Program-made: the position numbers and the translations under genes | DNA from: Octopus sinensis | Lineage: Eukaryota | Direction of reading: 5' to 3' | Length of the DNA: 64,000 nucleotides | Assembly (NCBI RefSeq): GCF_006345805.1 | Contig: NW_021831871.1 | Coordinates: forward strand, 1-64,000 | The notes under the pieces: model-generated | Database searches by the model: none | What the model saw: only the letters and a program-made list of their open reading frames with translations | What the model was told of the DNA's origin: nothing | Shown: positions 38,935-52,322 of the stretch, piece by piece | How the letters are laid out: every line of letters begins with the position of its first letter | Numbering within the stretch: position 1 is the first letter of the stretch

Positions 38935-39338
38935 CAGCAGCATCTTCATCGTCATCACCAGCGTGGCTGTCATTTTTACTGAATGTGTATACGCATTTAA
39001 ATATATCTTTATATAGTTATATATTACATATACACATATACATCTTATATATGCAAACACACGCGCGCGCACGCACACTCCTATATATGTATGCACGCCT
39101 ATATATATCTATGTGTGTGTGTATGTGTGTGTGTGTGTGTGTGTGCGTATAAACATAAATGTCAAACATATACATATATATTGTAAATACTAATGGTACA
39201 GTTAGTAATGTCACTGTTACCCACCAATTTCTATTATCAGTCGAAATAATTTTTTTTAAAGCCGTTTGAGTTGTTAAGATGTATAATGCAAATGTGTATT
39301 GACTCTGTCAATCTCTGACGCTTTCTTTACACACACAC

Positions 39339-39411
<73 letters not shown>

Positions 39412-39473
39412 ATTCTATTATCAATTTCAGCTCTCAGGATGTCATGGTGTGTCACCATCATATATGTATCTCC

Positions 39474-39551
<78 letters not shown>

Positions 39552-39895
39552 AGTTTACATAATTAGTTCCTACGTACGTTTCACTTTTATGGTGAAATAC
39601 ACTCTATCTACCTATATACTCGTATCAATAAACGTATATTGTATATAGATACATAAGCATAAAACCACACACACACACAAACACAAACACAGACACATAC
39701 ACATATACACACACATAAGTGAATTCGAAAGTAAAGTGTTCTGTTCGAATATGTAATATCTTATCCTTGCAAAAGATTTTTGGCAAAAGGCACAAACAAT
39801 GTGAAACATTTTCGAATTTAGAGGTATTTATGTAATAAATTATAATAATATAAATCAACTGAAAGGAATGACATTGTGCGTGTGTGTATATATAC

Positions 39896-39974
<79 letters not shown>

Positions 39975-41062
39975 TATGTATATATATGTATGTATATATA
40001 TGTATATATATTTACCTATACATACGTACATATACTCAAATACACACACGTATATATATATGTATATATATATCATGCTATATTAGTATTGTTAACATAA
40101 AGAGTTCTTGTTTTTCTAGTTAGAGCGTAAGAGGTATACACCAAGCAGGTGTGGGATGGTCGTCAGAGGAAGCAACGAAAGATGGTATTAATTGGGAAAT
40201 GCTTCTTAAAAAGACGCCGCAATAATAGGCTTTAATATATCCATGTTCGCGTCGATATCTATATATTCCGATACAGTTTTCTACGTTAGATAAAAACTGT
40301 TTGCAGAAGTTACTGAATAAATATCATGGAAATAAAATAATTGAAAATTTACTAAAGGAAATGAGCAAAATAACAAAATGTAAGAAATGATGAGTTTTAG
40401 ACTCAACAGTTTAATATTTTTTCTGTAAATGATTATTCTCTTTACTGAAGAACTCAACAAGTAAGGAAAAAATATGCAAATTCAGAATATTTATAATTGA
40501 ATATAATAATCCCCAAAATAATTGGATGTCTTAACTAACGACTGGAAAAGTAAAAATTTCTGCTTTTATTTGGACAAACGCTCGTTAAATACACCTTCTT
40601 GAAAACATCTCGAAAATTTTACTAAGATTCTGAGAATTTTTGATATAATATCATTCCATTGCAACATGCTTTGCAAAAGAGCACAAATAATAAAAAGCAA
40701 CGATTATAATATTATTTAACATTTGCTTATAGAGAATTATATATATATATATAGTAAAATTCCTTTGTTTATTGTATAGGTACTACTTTTGTAAGGGCAT
40801 ACTTATATTCTTAATTTTCACAACGCCGTTCTAACCTATTTACACTCATCCAAATATATATATATATATATATATACATTAGATTATTTTTATGTATTTG
40901 TGTATTCCTGAATTCTTTAATATGTTTCAATATTTTAACGACGGATATATTGGTATATTTTAAAGACTGATATGCATTAATCTATGGCAGAGTATATGTA
41001 TAAATAAATTGTTGAACCTATCTGAAATTCTGCTTGACATTTATATATATGTATATATATAT

Positions 41063-41668
41063 ACTAAGTAATTAAGGGTTTAGCAACGATTTGCCTCACC
41101 ACACACCGAATTTAGAAATAGCAGTCAAAGAGTTATGGCTATTCTTTCTACTTAAAGGGGAGATCTCAGTAAAACCACAGCACTTAAAAGGCAAACAACG
41201 CAGGCAAAAGAGAAAGAAATGACGACAATCATTCTATATTAAGTCACCTACGGACGTACGTTTATTACTTAAACCTTCCTCGAATGGGGCTTTTACATGC
41301 CGAAATCTACTTGGTGAAATTAATGATTATTCCAAATTAATTAATTTCACCCTATATTATTATTGATAACCATATTTTATCCCAGTAAATAGCCGCAACA
41401 TCTTATTCTGGCAGCACGCTGGTGGGAGGAGGATGGTGACACATACTTTCATTCACACTTTGAATTTGGTGGTACTGGTAACGGCTTGCGCTCGCTCTGA
41501 TACCATGAGTTGAGGTGATGTCTTCTAGTGCCTTCAAATTTAATACACAATTATTTATAATTGTAGAGTCCTACGCTGAGGAGAAAAATAGTCGGGTAAG
41601 ACATAATTATTTGAATTTTTATGCTTTCCTATGACTTAATTTCGAAACGTACGTCCGTAGGTGACTTT
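41063..41668 (+). mobile_element. Diverged relative of the 555-bp hammerhead family: antisense 3' arm (41063-41263) plus sense segment, truncated by SINE-B
   Basis: Shared blocks acttggtgaaatt, aattaattaattt.accct, cacgctggtgg, tagaaatagcag, tacttaaag..gatctc; 23-bp inverted match 41241-41263 / 41646-41668. Confidence 0.75.
41571..41662 (+). ncRNA. Type I hammerhead ribozyme, fully canonical
   Basis: CCUACG CUGAGGA GAAA-AAU-AGUC-[rod]-GACU-UAA-UUUC GAA ACGUACGU C CGUAGG; predicted cut after C41656 (GUC). Confidence 0.9.
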
Positions 41669-41940
41669 CGAGGTCGATTAAATAAGTACCAGTAACGCAC
41701 TGGAGTTGATATAATCGACTTAATCCGTCTGTCTGTCCTTGTTTGTCTCTTCTGTGTTTAGCCCCTTGTGGGTAGTAAAGAAATAGGTATTTCGTCTGTC
41801 TTTATGTTCTGAGTTCAAATTCCGCCGAGGTCAACTTTGTCTTTTATCCTTTCGAGGTCAATAAATGAAGTGCCAATTGCTTACTGGGGTCGATCTAATC
41901 CCCCAAAATTTGCGGCCTTGTGCCTAGAGTTAGAAAAGAT
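41668..41940 (+). mobile_element. SINE-B, 5'-truncated
   Basis: tttcgaggtcgattaaataagtacc...tttagccccttgtggg...ggccttgtgcctagag. Confidence 0.85.
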
Positions 41941-42386
41941 TATTTTATATTTATAACTATTTTTGGTGACTAATCTTAGGCTAAAGTCTTATCTTCAGCT
42001 TCCGTCTTTGTTCAACACTTTGGATTATTGTGACTCTCATACTAATTCACTTCGCCTTTGTCCAGCAATTGCAGGCTATTGACCGTCGATTTTTTCCTTT
42101 TACATTTTTCTTGTTTTCTATAATTAAAGTGATATATACTTTATTTTTCCTTTATTTAGTCTAGTTTTTTTTTTGTTTTCGTAATTCTCAATATTACGAG
42201 AATAAGTATCTTTTTGTATTTACTTCAATATATATTTCTGGTCCCAATGTTGATATTCTTTAAATAATTATTCATGTATATGATGTGTACAACTGGAGGT
42301 ACATGGCCAAGTGATTGAGTGGCTTGTTCCCCAATTCGAACGTGCATTAAACATATTCGGGCTGATACTAACATAGTAATTTCACG

Positions 42387-42772
42387 TGGAGGCGCAATGG
42401 CCCTGTGGATAGGGCAGCGGACTCGCGGTCATAGGATCGCGGTTTCGATTCCCAGACCGGGCGTTGTGAGTGTTTATTGAGCGAAAACACCTAAAAGCTC
42501 CACGAGGCTCCGGCAGGGGATGGTGGTGATCCCTGCTGTACTCTTTCACCACAACTTTCTCTCACTCTTACTTCCTGTTTCTGTTGTACCTGTATTTCAA
42601 AGGGCCGGCCTTGTCACTCTCTGTGTCACGCTGAATATCCCCGAGAACTACGTTAAGGGTGCACGTGTCTGTGGAGTGCTCAGCCACTTACACGTTAATT
42701 TCACGAGCAGGCTGTTCCGTTGATTCGGATCAACCGGAACCCTCATCGTCGTAACCGACGGAGTGCTTCCAT
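42387..42772 (+). mobile_element. tRNA-headed SINE, full length
   Basis: gtggaggcgcaatggccctgtggatagggcagcggactcgcggtcataggatcgcggtttcgattcccagaccgggcg head. Confidence 0.85.
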
Positions 42773-43024
42773 CCAGTAATTTCACTTATCAATGTTTAGC
42801 GCTCCCCACTCCGTAATTAAACCTATTTGTCTACAGTGAAAAATTTTCTCCATGACCAAATACATTGAATGGCTTCGAATTTGCTTCAATCATATTTGAA
42901 CTGTTAACAAGTTTGTATTTATATACATCACTGCTTAACACTGTCACCCCGTACTTTATTAATTACAGCTTACAACTCTCAGTGTTATATCTTACAAAAT
43001 TCCTCTAGTACTAAATACACGTAT

Positions 43025-43237
43025 ACTCTCTTTTTCTCTTTTTACTTGTTTCAGTCATTTGACTGCGGCCATGCTGGAGCACCGCCTTTAGTCGAGCAAA
43101 TCGACCCCGGGACTTATTCTTTGTAAGCCCAGTACTTATTCTATCGGTCTCTTTTGCCGAACCGCTAAGTGACGGGGGCGTAAACACAACAGCATCGGTT
43201 GTCAAGCAATACTAGGGGGACAACCACAGACACACAA

Positions 43238-43270
<33 letters not shown>

Positions 43271-43438
43271 CATATATACGACGGGCTTCTTTTCAGTTTC
43301 CGTCTACCAAATCCACTCACAAGGTATTGGTCAGCCCGGGGCTATAGCAGACGACACTCGCCCAAGATGCCACGCAGTGGGACTGAACCCGGAACCATGT
43401 GGCTGGTTAGCAAGCTACTTACCACACAGCCACTCCTG
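43025..43438 (-). mobile_element. SINE-A, full length
   Basis: Reverse complement of the 11052-type element. Confidence 0.9.
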
Positions 43439-43810
43439 TTTCTAACTTTCCGTTTCTAGAGACAGATGCTTTCAGATTACATCTTCCTCAAGTAGCTTTA
43501 TCACATTCGTCTAAAAATGCCACTAATATTTATATCACTGCTGAATTTCTGTCAGAATGTCTTACATTCTCCAAGTAGTGATACATATTTACATATTTAC
43601 ATATCTTTACGTTCTTGGGACAAATCCGACCGAAACAGACACTGAATTTCTCTCCTCTGGGGTCGATAAATTCAGTAGCTGTAGTAATGTTGTGAGAATA
43701 TTCTATCGATTATGCTGCTTCCGTTCGAATTTCTGGGCTTTTACCCAACTTCCCAACTTAGAAATCATTATTGTTTATATAAAAACAATTTTATCTATCA
43801 TAAAAATTTA

Positions 43811-43844
<34 letters not shown>

Positions 43845-44123
43845 CAACAATTGAGGGTAAAATTAATTAATTATTAATCAATTTCACCAAGTATTCAGTA
43901 TGTAAAGGGACCATTATAGGCGAATTCAAAATATTACATTATATATAAGGGCTTAGTAAAATAAATTACTTTGCCACATACTGAACTCATTAGAAATAGC
44001 AGCTAAAGAAATTTCTTCAGCTATTTCTAATACTTAAAGAAGATCTCTCTCAGATAGTGTTTGCCTAAACTAACTCACAAAAGTATGGGGGAAAAAACAT
44101 TAAAAAATCAAGTGCAAAGTTTT

Positions 44124-44174
44124 TGAGAACGTACGTTTCTAGATTAGTCATTCGACATTTCTTTCTTCAGCTCA
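44124..44174 (-). ncRNA. Type I hammerhead, monomer 1
   Basis: Reverse complement reads UGAG CUGAAGA AAGA-AAU-GUC-GAAU-GAC-UAA-UCUA GAA ACGUACGU U CUCA. Confidence 0.78.
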
Positions 44175-44676
44175 GAATTCCTTGAATCGGATTTGGGAAC
44201 ACTGAAAGTCGGGAGCATACCCTTTCGGCTTCTAATCACCTCTAGAATTCTGCTCGAATTAAAAGTGCTATCAAATTCGAATATGCAAGCGAAGAATTTC
44301 TGCTCTCCCCTTTCCACCAGCGTGGGTTAAAATTGACAAACACCATGTATTAACGGTGAAAACCGCAGCATTTTACAGAGAAAGATGAATTATAATTTCA
44401 ACAATGAGGGTAAAATTAATTAATTATTAATCAATTCACCAAGTATTCAGTATGTAAAGGGCCCATTATAGGCGAATTCAAAATATTACATTATATATAA
44501 GGCTTAGTAAAATAAATTACTTTGCCACATACTGAACTCATTAGAAATAGCAGCTAAAGAAATTTCTTCAGCTATTTCTAATACTTAAAGAAGATCTCTC
44601 TCAGATAGTGTTTGCCTAAACTAACTCACAAAAGTATGGGGGAAAAAACATTAAAAAATCAAGTGCAAAGGTTATT

Positions 44677-44728
44677 TGAGAACGTACGTTTCTAGATTAG
44701 TCAATTCGACATTTCTTTCTTCAGCTCA
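44677..44728 (-). ncRNA. Type I hammerhead, monomer 2
   Basis: Same motif as 45248-45299 on the minus strand. Confidence 0.8.
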
Positions 44729-45247
44729 GAATTCCTTGAATCGGATTTGGGAACACTGAAAGTCGGGAGCATACCCTTTCGGCTTCTAATCACCTCTAGA
44801 ATTCTGCTCGAACTAAAAGTGCTATCAATTCGAATATGCAAGCGAAGAATTTCTGCTGCTCTCCCCTTTCCACCAGCGTGGTTAAAATTGACAAACACCA
44901 TGTATTAACGGTGAAAACCGCAGCATTTTACAGAGAAAGATGAATTATAATTTCAACAATTAATACATACTGAATACTTGGTGAAATTGATTAATAATTA
45001 ATTAATTTTACCCTCAATTGTTGAAATTATAATTCATCTTTCTCTGTAAAATGCTGCGGTTTTCACCGTTAATACATGGTGTTTGTCAATTTTAACCCAC
45101 GCTGGTGGAAAGGGGAGAGCAGAAATTCTTCGCTTGCATATTCGAATTTGATAGCACTTTTAGTTCGAGCAGAATTCTAGAGGTGATTAGAAGCCGAAAG
45201 GGTATGCTCCCGACTTTCAGTGTTCCCAAATCCGATTCAAGGAATTC

Positions 45248-45299
45248 TGAGCTGAAGAAAGAAATGTCGAATTGACTAATCTAGAAACGTACGTTCTCA
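45248..45299 (+). ncRNA. Type I hammerhead, inverted monomer
   Basis: UGAG CUGAAGA AAGA-AAU-GUC-GAAUU-GAC-UAA-UCUA GAA ACGUACGU U CUCA; predicted cut after U45295 (GUU). Confidence 0.8.
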
Positions 45300-45477
45300 A
45301 ATAACCTTTGCACTTGATTTTTTAATGTTTTTTCCCCCATACTTTTGTGAGTTAGTTTAGGCAAACACTATCTGAGAGAGATCTTCTTTAAGTATTAGAA
45401 ATAGCTGAAGAAATTTCTTTAGCTGCTATTTCTAATGAGTTCAGTATGTGGCAAAGTAATTTATTTTACTAAGCCCT

Positions 45478-45561
<84 letters not shown>

Positions 45562-45689
45562 ATACATATATATGCATATATGCATATATATATATACATA
45601 CACATATGTATGCATGTATATGTATATGTGTATATATATGTGTGTGTATATGTGTGTTTTGTGTGTGTGCGTATGTGTGTGTGTGGGGG

Positions 45690-46010
45690 TGGGTAAGAAT
45701 GCTTGCTTCCCAACCACATGGTTCCGGTTTCAGTCCACCGCGTGACTTTTTGGGCGTCTGTCTTCTTCAATAGCCTCGGGCCGGCCAAACCCTTGTGAGT
45801 GGATTTGGTAGACGGAAACTGAAAGAAGCCCGTCATATATATGAATATGTACATATATCTATGTGTGCGTGTGTCTTTGTGTCTGTATACACCACCACCG
45901 CTTGACAACTGGTATTGGTGTATTTACATCCCTGTAACTTAGTGTTTCGACTAAAGAGACCGATAGAATAAGTACTAGACTTTAAAAAATAAGTACTGGA
46001 GTCGATTCAT
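45690..46010 (+). mobile_element. SINE-A, diverged
   Basis: gcttgcttcccaaccacatggttccgg...gtggatttggtagacggaaactgaaagaagcccg. Confidence 0.8.
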
Positions 46011-46047
46011 AATAATAATGATAATAATAATATTAATAATAATAATA

Positions 46048-46078
<31 letters not shown>

Positions 46079-46082
46079 AATA

Positions 46083-46120
<38 letters not shown>

Positions 46121-46201
46121 TAATAATAATAATATAATAATAATAATAATAAGAAGAAGAGAAGAAGAAGAAGAGAAGAAGAAGAAGAGAAGAAGAAGAA
46201 G

Positions 46202-46797
46202 AAGATCAATGTCTACCTACAAGAAACTGCCAGGCTAACATATTAAAGAACGGCAGTAGCCCAACATATGTATGTTAACAACAAAATTAAACCATTCATC
46301 TTGTCTCCATGTACAGTATTCTTGCGCCTACAGAGTGTCTTAACGGGCATGATAGAGCAGCACAGTATATGTACTGGGTAATTTGCAAAAATCTGGACCT
46401 GTCCCATGATAAAAAAACTGGTAGGAACCAACTTCACCATTCAAACTGACATAAAGATAGATACGAATAGGGCAGACATTATATTGAAAGACTTCAGACA
46501 AAAATCATGCCTCCTCATTGATATGACTGTCCCAATCGACATAAATGTATCTGTCAAGACCTAATAAAAACTGAGCAAGTAAAAAGATCTTGAAATACAA
46601 ATTGGCTAAATGTGGAACCTCAAGACTAAAATAATACTTGTTGTCATAGGTGCCCTGGGAATGATAGCAAAAGGGGCTGATTGCTACCTAACTCAGATAC
46701 AAGGAAACACAAACATGGCAGAAATTCAAAAGATAGCGCTCCATGGAACTGCCCATGTCCTATATAAAATACTTTCTATGTAATCTCAAATGTTAAA
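46202..46797 (+). mobile_element. Older R4/Dong family B-like 3' fragment
   Basis: DQCLPTRN..ANIL, HDRAAQY, LLIDMTVPIDINVSV, VVIGALGMIAKG; in-frame stops; follows (TAA)n/(GAA)n. Confidence 0.85.
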
Positions 46798-46924
46798 AGA
46801 AAGCCAAGCTATTTGTTCCAGGCATCCTCGTTGCTTTGTAGGGGTGATGATAATGATGATGATGATGATAATGACAACTACGAGGACTACAAGAAGAACG
46901 ACAATAACAACAATAATAATAATC

Positions 46925-47760
46925 TTTTCTACTAAACGCACAAGGCCTGAATTTTCTCTGCAAAGGACTAGTCGATTACATCGACCCCAGTGTTTCACTG
47001 GTACTTAATTTATCGATCCCGAAGGGAAGAAATGCAAAGTCGACTTCGGTGGAATTTGAACTCAGAACGTAAAGACGGGCAAAATGCCGCTAAGCATTTC
47101 GTCCAGCGTTCTTAACGATTCTGCCAACTTGCTGCAATAATAACGATGATAATAATTCTTTCTACTGGAAGCACAAGGCCTCAAATATGGGGTAAGGGAT
47201 TAAGTTGATTACATCGACCCCAGTGCGTAACTGGTACTTATTTGCTCAACCCCGAAACGACGAAAAGCAAAGTGGATCCCGGTGGAATTTGAACTCAGAA
47301 CGTAGCGACGGGCGAAATACCGATAAGTATTTCGTCCAGCGTGCTAACTATTCTGCCTGCTCACCGCCTTAACAACAATAATAATAATAATGGTTTCAAA
47401 TTTTGGCACAAGGCCAGCAGTTTTGGATAGGTCGTGTAAATCGACCCTAGCGCTCAACTGTTGTTTATTTTATCGGCCCCAAAAGGATGAAAGGCAAAGT
47501 CGACCTCGGCTTACGTTTTGAACTCAAAACGTGAAGATGAGCAAAGTGTTGCTATTTTGTCCAGTCCGCTAAAGATGCTGCCAAATTTTGGCACAAGGCC
47601 AGTAATTTCTAGAGTAGGAAATACCTCAATGATAACGAACCCAGCACTTAATGTGTACCTTATTTTATCGAACCCTCGATTCGGAGAAAGGCAAAGTTGA
47701 ACTTGGGACATAAAGGGACTGATGAAATGCCTGATGCACTGACGATTCTGCTTCAATGAG
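46925..47760 (-). mobile_element. Cluster of about four SINE-B copies
   Basis: gcacaaggcc blocks at ~46938, 47171, 47406, 47592, each followed by SINE-B body. Confidence 0.8.
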
Positions 47761-47796
47761 GTTAAAAATCTTGGGAAGCGAAATTTTTTACAACCT

Positions 47797-48398
47797 GAGT
47801 TCCGGATCCCAGTAATGAACCCATTTGCATACAGCCAATCAGAGATCACCTTAACCTTGTTGAACACAAACAACTGCGCAGAGACAGCCATGCAGATAAC
47901 GAACGATCAGATCCGTTCAGCTCTGAGATTATGCCTAGACACAAAGCCCAACATAACATTCGTGAACGTGTTAAAAAGAAACCAATCTATTGGTAAAACA
48001 CTCTACCAAGTAAACTCAAGACGAAGAACGGTGTTGTAAGTCGACCGATCGCCAAGTTATGCCTGATTTTAGAAGGAGTCAAATTTGCATCTATAACTAT
48101 CATCGGATTTTGTTAGGGCTTCGTATGGTAAGGATGTGGATGGGAATTGAGGGTGATGTGTGAGCAACCCTCTGCCCTTATTGTTTTACAAAATAAACAA
48201 CAACACAAATACTTACGCAGAGGCAGCCATGGTTGAAACAAGAACAACAAGCATTATTAAAAAGAGGAAAGAAGCATGGTCTGTCCTAATCCAAGTGACC
48301 TTATCTTATCGCCCATCACTTATGCATTCTTAAATTAGTTTGATAGTTGAGTTCTGATTGGTTGTATGCAAATTGTTCATAACTGGGATCCGGAACTC
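47797..48398. mobile_element. MITE-like element with ~45-bp imperfect TIRs
   Basis: gagttccggatcccagtaatgaac..atttgcatacagccaatcaga vs tctgattggttgtatgcaaattgttcataactgggatccggaactc. Confidence 0.72.
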
Positions 48399-48885
48399 TC
48401 GTGGGGGGGGGGGATTTCGCTGGCGGGGCGGTGATTTTGTCGATTAGTAGACTCAGTGTATAATTGTCCTTTATATTATCGATCCTGGAGGGTCGAAAAT
48501 TAACATTCACCTTTGGAGAGATTTGAAACCGGAACGTAAAAAGCCGGAACAAATACCGCTTTTTACTTTCTGAACAATAATAATAGAAAAGTATACCAAT
48601 ATATATATATATATATACAATGTCAGTTACAATCTATTGTCTTAATGTTCATTGTGAAAGTGAAAGTGAAAGTAGAGATATAACATGAAAACTTCTTAAA
48701 GACTGAGAAAGACGAAAAGAATTTTATTTGTGTGTATATGTGTGTGCGTGTGTATGTGCGCGCGTGTGTTTGAGTTAATATGAGTAGTTGTGTATAATAG
48801 CTCGTTTGTATGTCTATATTTATGGTGCTGTGTGCTTGGTTATGACTGGGAGTGAGTTTCTATGTGCATGCATCACCTTTGTTTG

Positions 48886-48919
<34 letters not shown>

Positions 48920-49341
48920 GTGATATCTGTGCGCTTGTGTGATTGTGTTAATGTGTATTTATGCACGTATAGGTGTACGTGTAAAATGCATGCGTGTGCT
49001 TATGTATGGGTCTGCTGTGTGAGTTTAAAAAGCAAAAATAACAGAGGAGTCAGGAAAAAGTATTAAAGGAAAAAAAGAGAGAAGAAATGAGTAAAAAGAT
49101 TAATATATGCAATATAGAGAGGATAGCAAAGAGGTAGAAAGTCAAAGAAATAAAGAAATATAGAGAGTGTGTATGTGAGAGAGAGACGAGAGAGAGAGAG
49201 AGAGAAAGAGAAGAATGAGAGACAGAGAGAAAACCATTTTTTTTATTTTGTCATAACTCAGTTATATAAATCTATGTATATGTGTGTGAATGAATATATA
49301 TATATATATGTATATGTTTATATATAAATATATATTGTTTA

Positions 49342-49417
<76 letters not shown>

Positions 49418-49511
49418 GCACAAACACGTGTGCGTATGTTTGTATATGTACATACCTGAGCACGCATTCACGCTATTAAACACAAATGCATAATACGCGT
49501 TCAGACATATG

Positions 49512-49564
<53 letters not shown>

Positions 49565-49569
49565 TATAT

Positions 49570-49740
49570 ACTTGTATATATACAAGATATGTGAACATAT
49601 ATTTATGAGTTTTTGTGTACGTACATCTATTTATCTATCGATATACATACATATATTCATGTGTAAATTCTGTTAAACGCACATACGTTCATATATACCT
49701 ATTCAGGTATATACGTATCCATATATGTATATGTTTGAGA

Positions 49741-49775
<35 letters not shown>

Positions 49776-49788
49776 CATATATATATAT

Positions 49789-49822
<34 letters not shown>

Positions 49823-50313
49823 GAGAGAGAGAGAGGGGGAGAGAAAGAGAGAGAGAGAAATATAGATATATATATATATACATATTTATATACATACATA
49901 TATATACATATACACACATATATATGTATATATTTATACACGTTTATATATATACATACATACTTACATATATATATATATATATGCATATGCGTGTGTA
50001 TATGTGTGTGCATGTGGGTAAGGGTGTGTGTGTGTATAATAGCTCAATATCGGTAAGCTCAGAAAAAGCTATGTGAACCAACAAGAAAGTATAAAGAACA
50101 TGGAACAATGCCAAAGATTAAGAAATGTTTCGAGTGGCGATAAACTGAATGGTAAAACGATGCTGGCATCTTCTGAAAGTCTCTTCCTGTATTTGAAAAT
50201 CAATAATAATAGAAACACCTTAGATTGTACCACTAAACCGTGTTTCTTTCGCGCATAGCGGTGCATTCGTGTATATTAATGTATGTATCTGTTTCCATAC
50301 GTTTGTATCATGC

Positions 50314-50365
<52 letters not shown>

Positions 50366-50594
50366 CATACACACGCACAGAAACGCACGCGCACACATAC
50401 ATATATGTATATGTATGTATGCATGTATATGTATATGTATGTATGCGTGTATGTGTATATGCATGCATGTATGTATATGAATATACATGTTATATGCGTG
50501 TTTGCGTGTATGAACGTACGTGCGTTTATACAGATTTTACGTATGAATATGTGTATCTATCAATCATCTACCTATCTATTTATTTATCTATCTG

Positions 50595-50631
<37 letters not shown>

Positions 50632-50676
50632 ATCTCTCTATCTATCTGTCTGTCTATCTATCTATCTATCTATCTA

Positions 50677-50715
<39 letters not shown>

Positions 50716-50740
50716 CTATCTATCTATCTCTCTATCTATC

Positions 50741-50774
<34 letters not shown>

Positions 50775-50859
50775 ATCTATCTATCTATCTTCTATCTATG
50801 TATGTCTATCTGTCTGTCTTCTGTCTCTGTTTGTCTGTCTCTCTATATATCTATTATAA

Positions 50860-50933
<74 letters not shown>

Positions 50934-51111
50934 TATATACTTGTATAGTATACACAAGTATATGTGAACATAATTTATGAGTTTTTGTACGTACATCTAT
51001 TTATCTATCGATATACATACATAATTCATGTGTAAATTCTGTTAAACGCACATACGTTCATATATACCTATTCAGGTATATACGTATCCATATATATGTA
51101 TATGTTTGAGA

Positions 51112-51150
<39 letters not shown>

Positions 51151-52037
51151 CATATATATATATAATATATATATATATACATATATTATATATATAGAGA
51201 GAGAGGAGGGGGAGAGAGAAAGAGAGAGAGAGAAATATAGATATATATATATATACATATTTATATACATACATATATATACATATACACCACTATATGT
51301 AATATTTATACACGTTTATATATATACATACATACTTACATATATATATATATATATATGCATATGCGTGTGTATATGTGTGTGCATGTGGGTAAGGGTG
51401 TGTGTGTGTATAATAGCTCAATATCGGTAAGCTCAGAAAAAGCTATGTGAACCAACAAGAAAGTATAAAGAACATGGAACAATGCCAAAGATTAAGAAAT
51501 GTTTCGAGTGGCGATAAACTGAATGGTAACACGATGCTGGCATCTTCTGAAAGTCTCTTCCTGTATTTGAAAATCAATAATACTAGAAAACAACCTTAGA
51601 TTGTACCACTAAACCGTGTTTCTTTCGCGCTATAGCGGTGCATTCGGTGCGTTATATAGTTAATGTATGTATCCTGTTTTCCATAACGTTTTGTATCATG
51701 CCTGTATATATATATATATAATAATATTATATATATATATATATATATATAACATACAACACCGCACAAGAAAACGCACGCGCACACATACATAATGTAT
51801 ATGTATGTATGCATGTATATGTATATGTATGTATGCGTGTATGTGTATATGCATGCATGTATGGTATATGAATATACATGTTATATGCGTGTTTGCGTGT
51901 ATGAAACGTACGTGCGTTTATACAGATTTTACGTATGAATATGTGTATCTATCAATCACCTATCCTATCTATTTATTTATCTATCTGTCTATCTATCATA
52001 TATCTATCTAATATCTATCTATCTATCTCTCTATCTA

Positions 52038-52127
<90 letters not shown>

Positions 52128-52185
52128 TGTCTCTCTATCATCTATCTATCTATCTATCTATCTATCTATTATCTATATATCTATC

Positions 52186-52217
<32 letters not shown>

Positions 52218-52284
52218 GTATGTCTATCTGTCTGTCTTCTGTCTCTGTTTGTCTGTCTCTCTATATATTCTATTATAAATATAA

Positions 52285-52310
<26 letters not shown>
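49570..52310. repeat. ~1.37-kb direct tandem duplication of microsatellite-rich sequence
   Basis: Unique anchors recur: gatatgtgaacat 49586/50960; aatagctcaatatcggtaag 50039/51412; (CTAT)n blocks 50570/51960. Confidence 0.9.

Positions 52311-52322
<12 letters not shown>

Larger units (their letters stand above)
43841..45485. mobile_element. Tandem and inverted array of ~555-bp hammerhead-containing monomers (retrozyme-like)
   Basis: atttcaacaat recurs at 43841, 44395, 44950 (periods 554, 555); 44964-45480 is a near-complete inverted monomer; (TA)n at both ends. Confidence 0.93.

Noticed and set aside
44701-44901. 66-aa ORF in the 555-bp monomer
   Set aside because: No recognisable domain; disrupted by indels among near-identical monomers
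43841-44960. Tandem repeats as CRISPR array or simple satellite
   Set aside because: Eukaryotic context, 555-bp units without spacers; the hammerhead explains the structure better
50100-50200. Minus-strand ...caggaagagac...cactcgaaacat as hammerhead
   Set aside because: Core and stem II too degenerate to support
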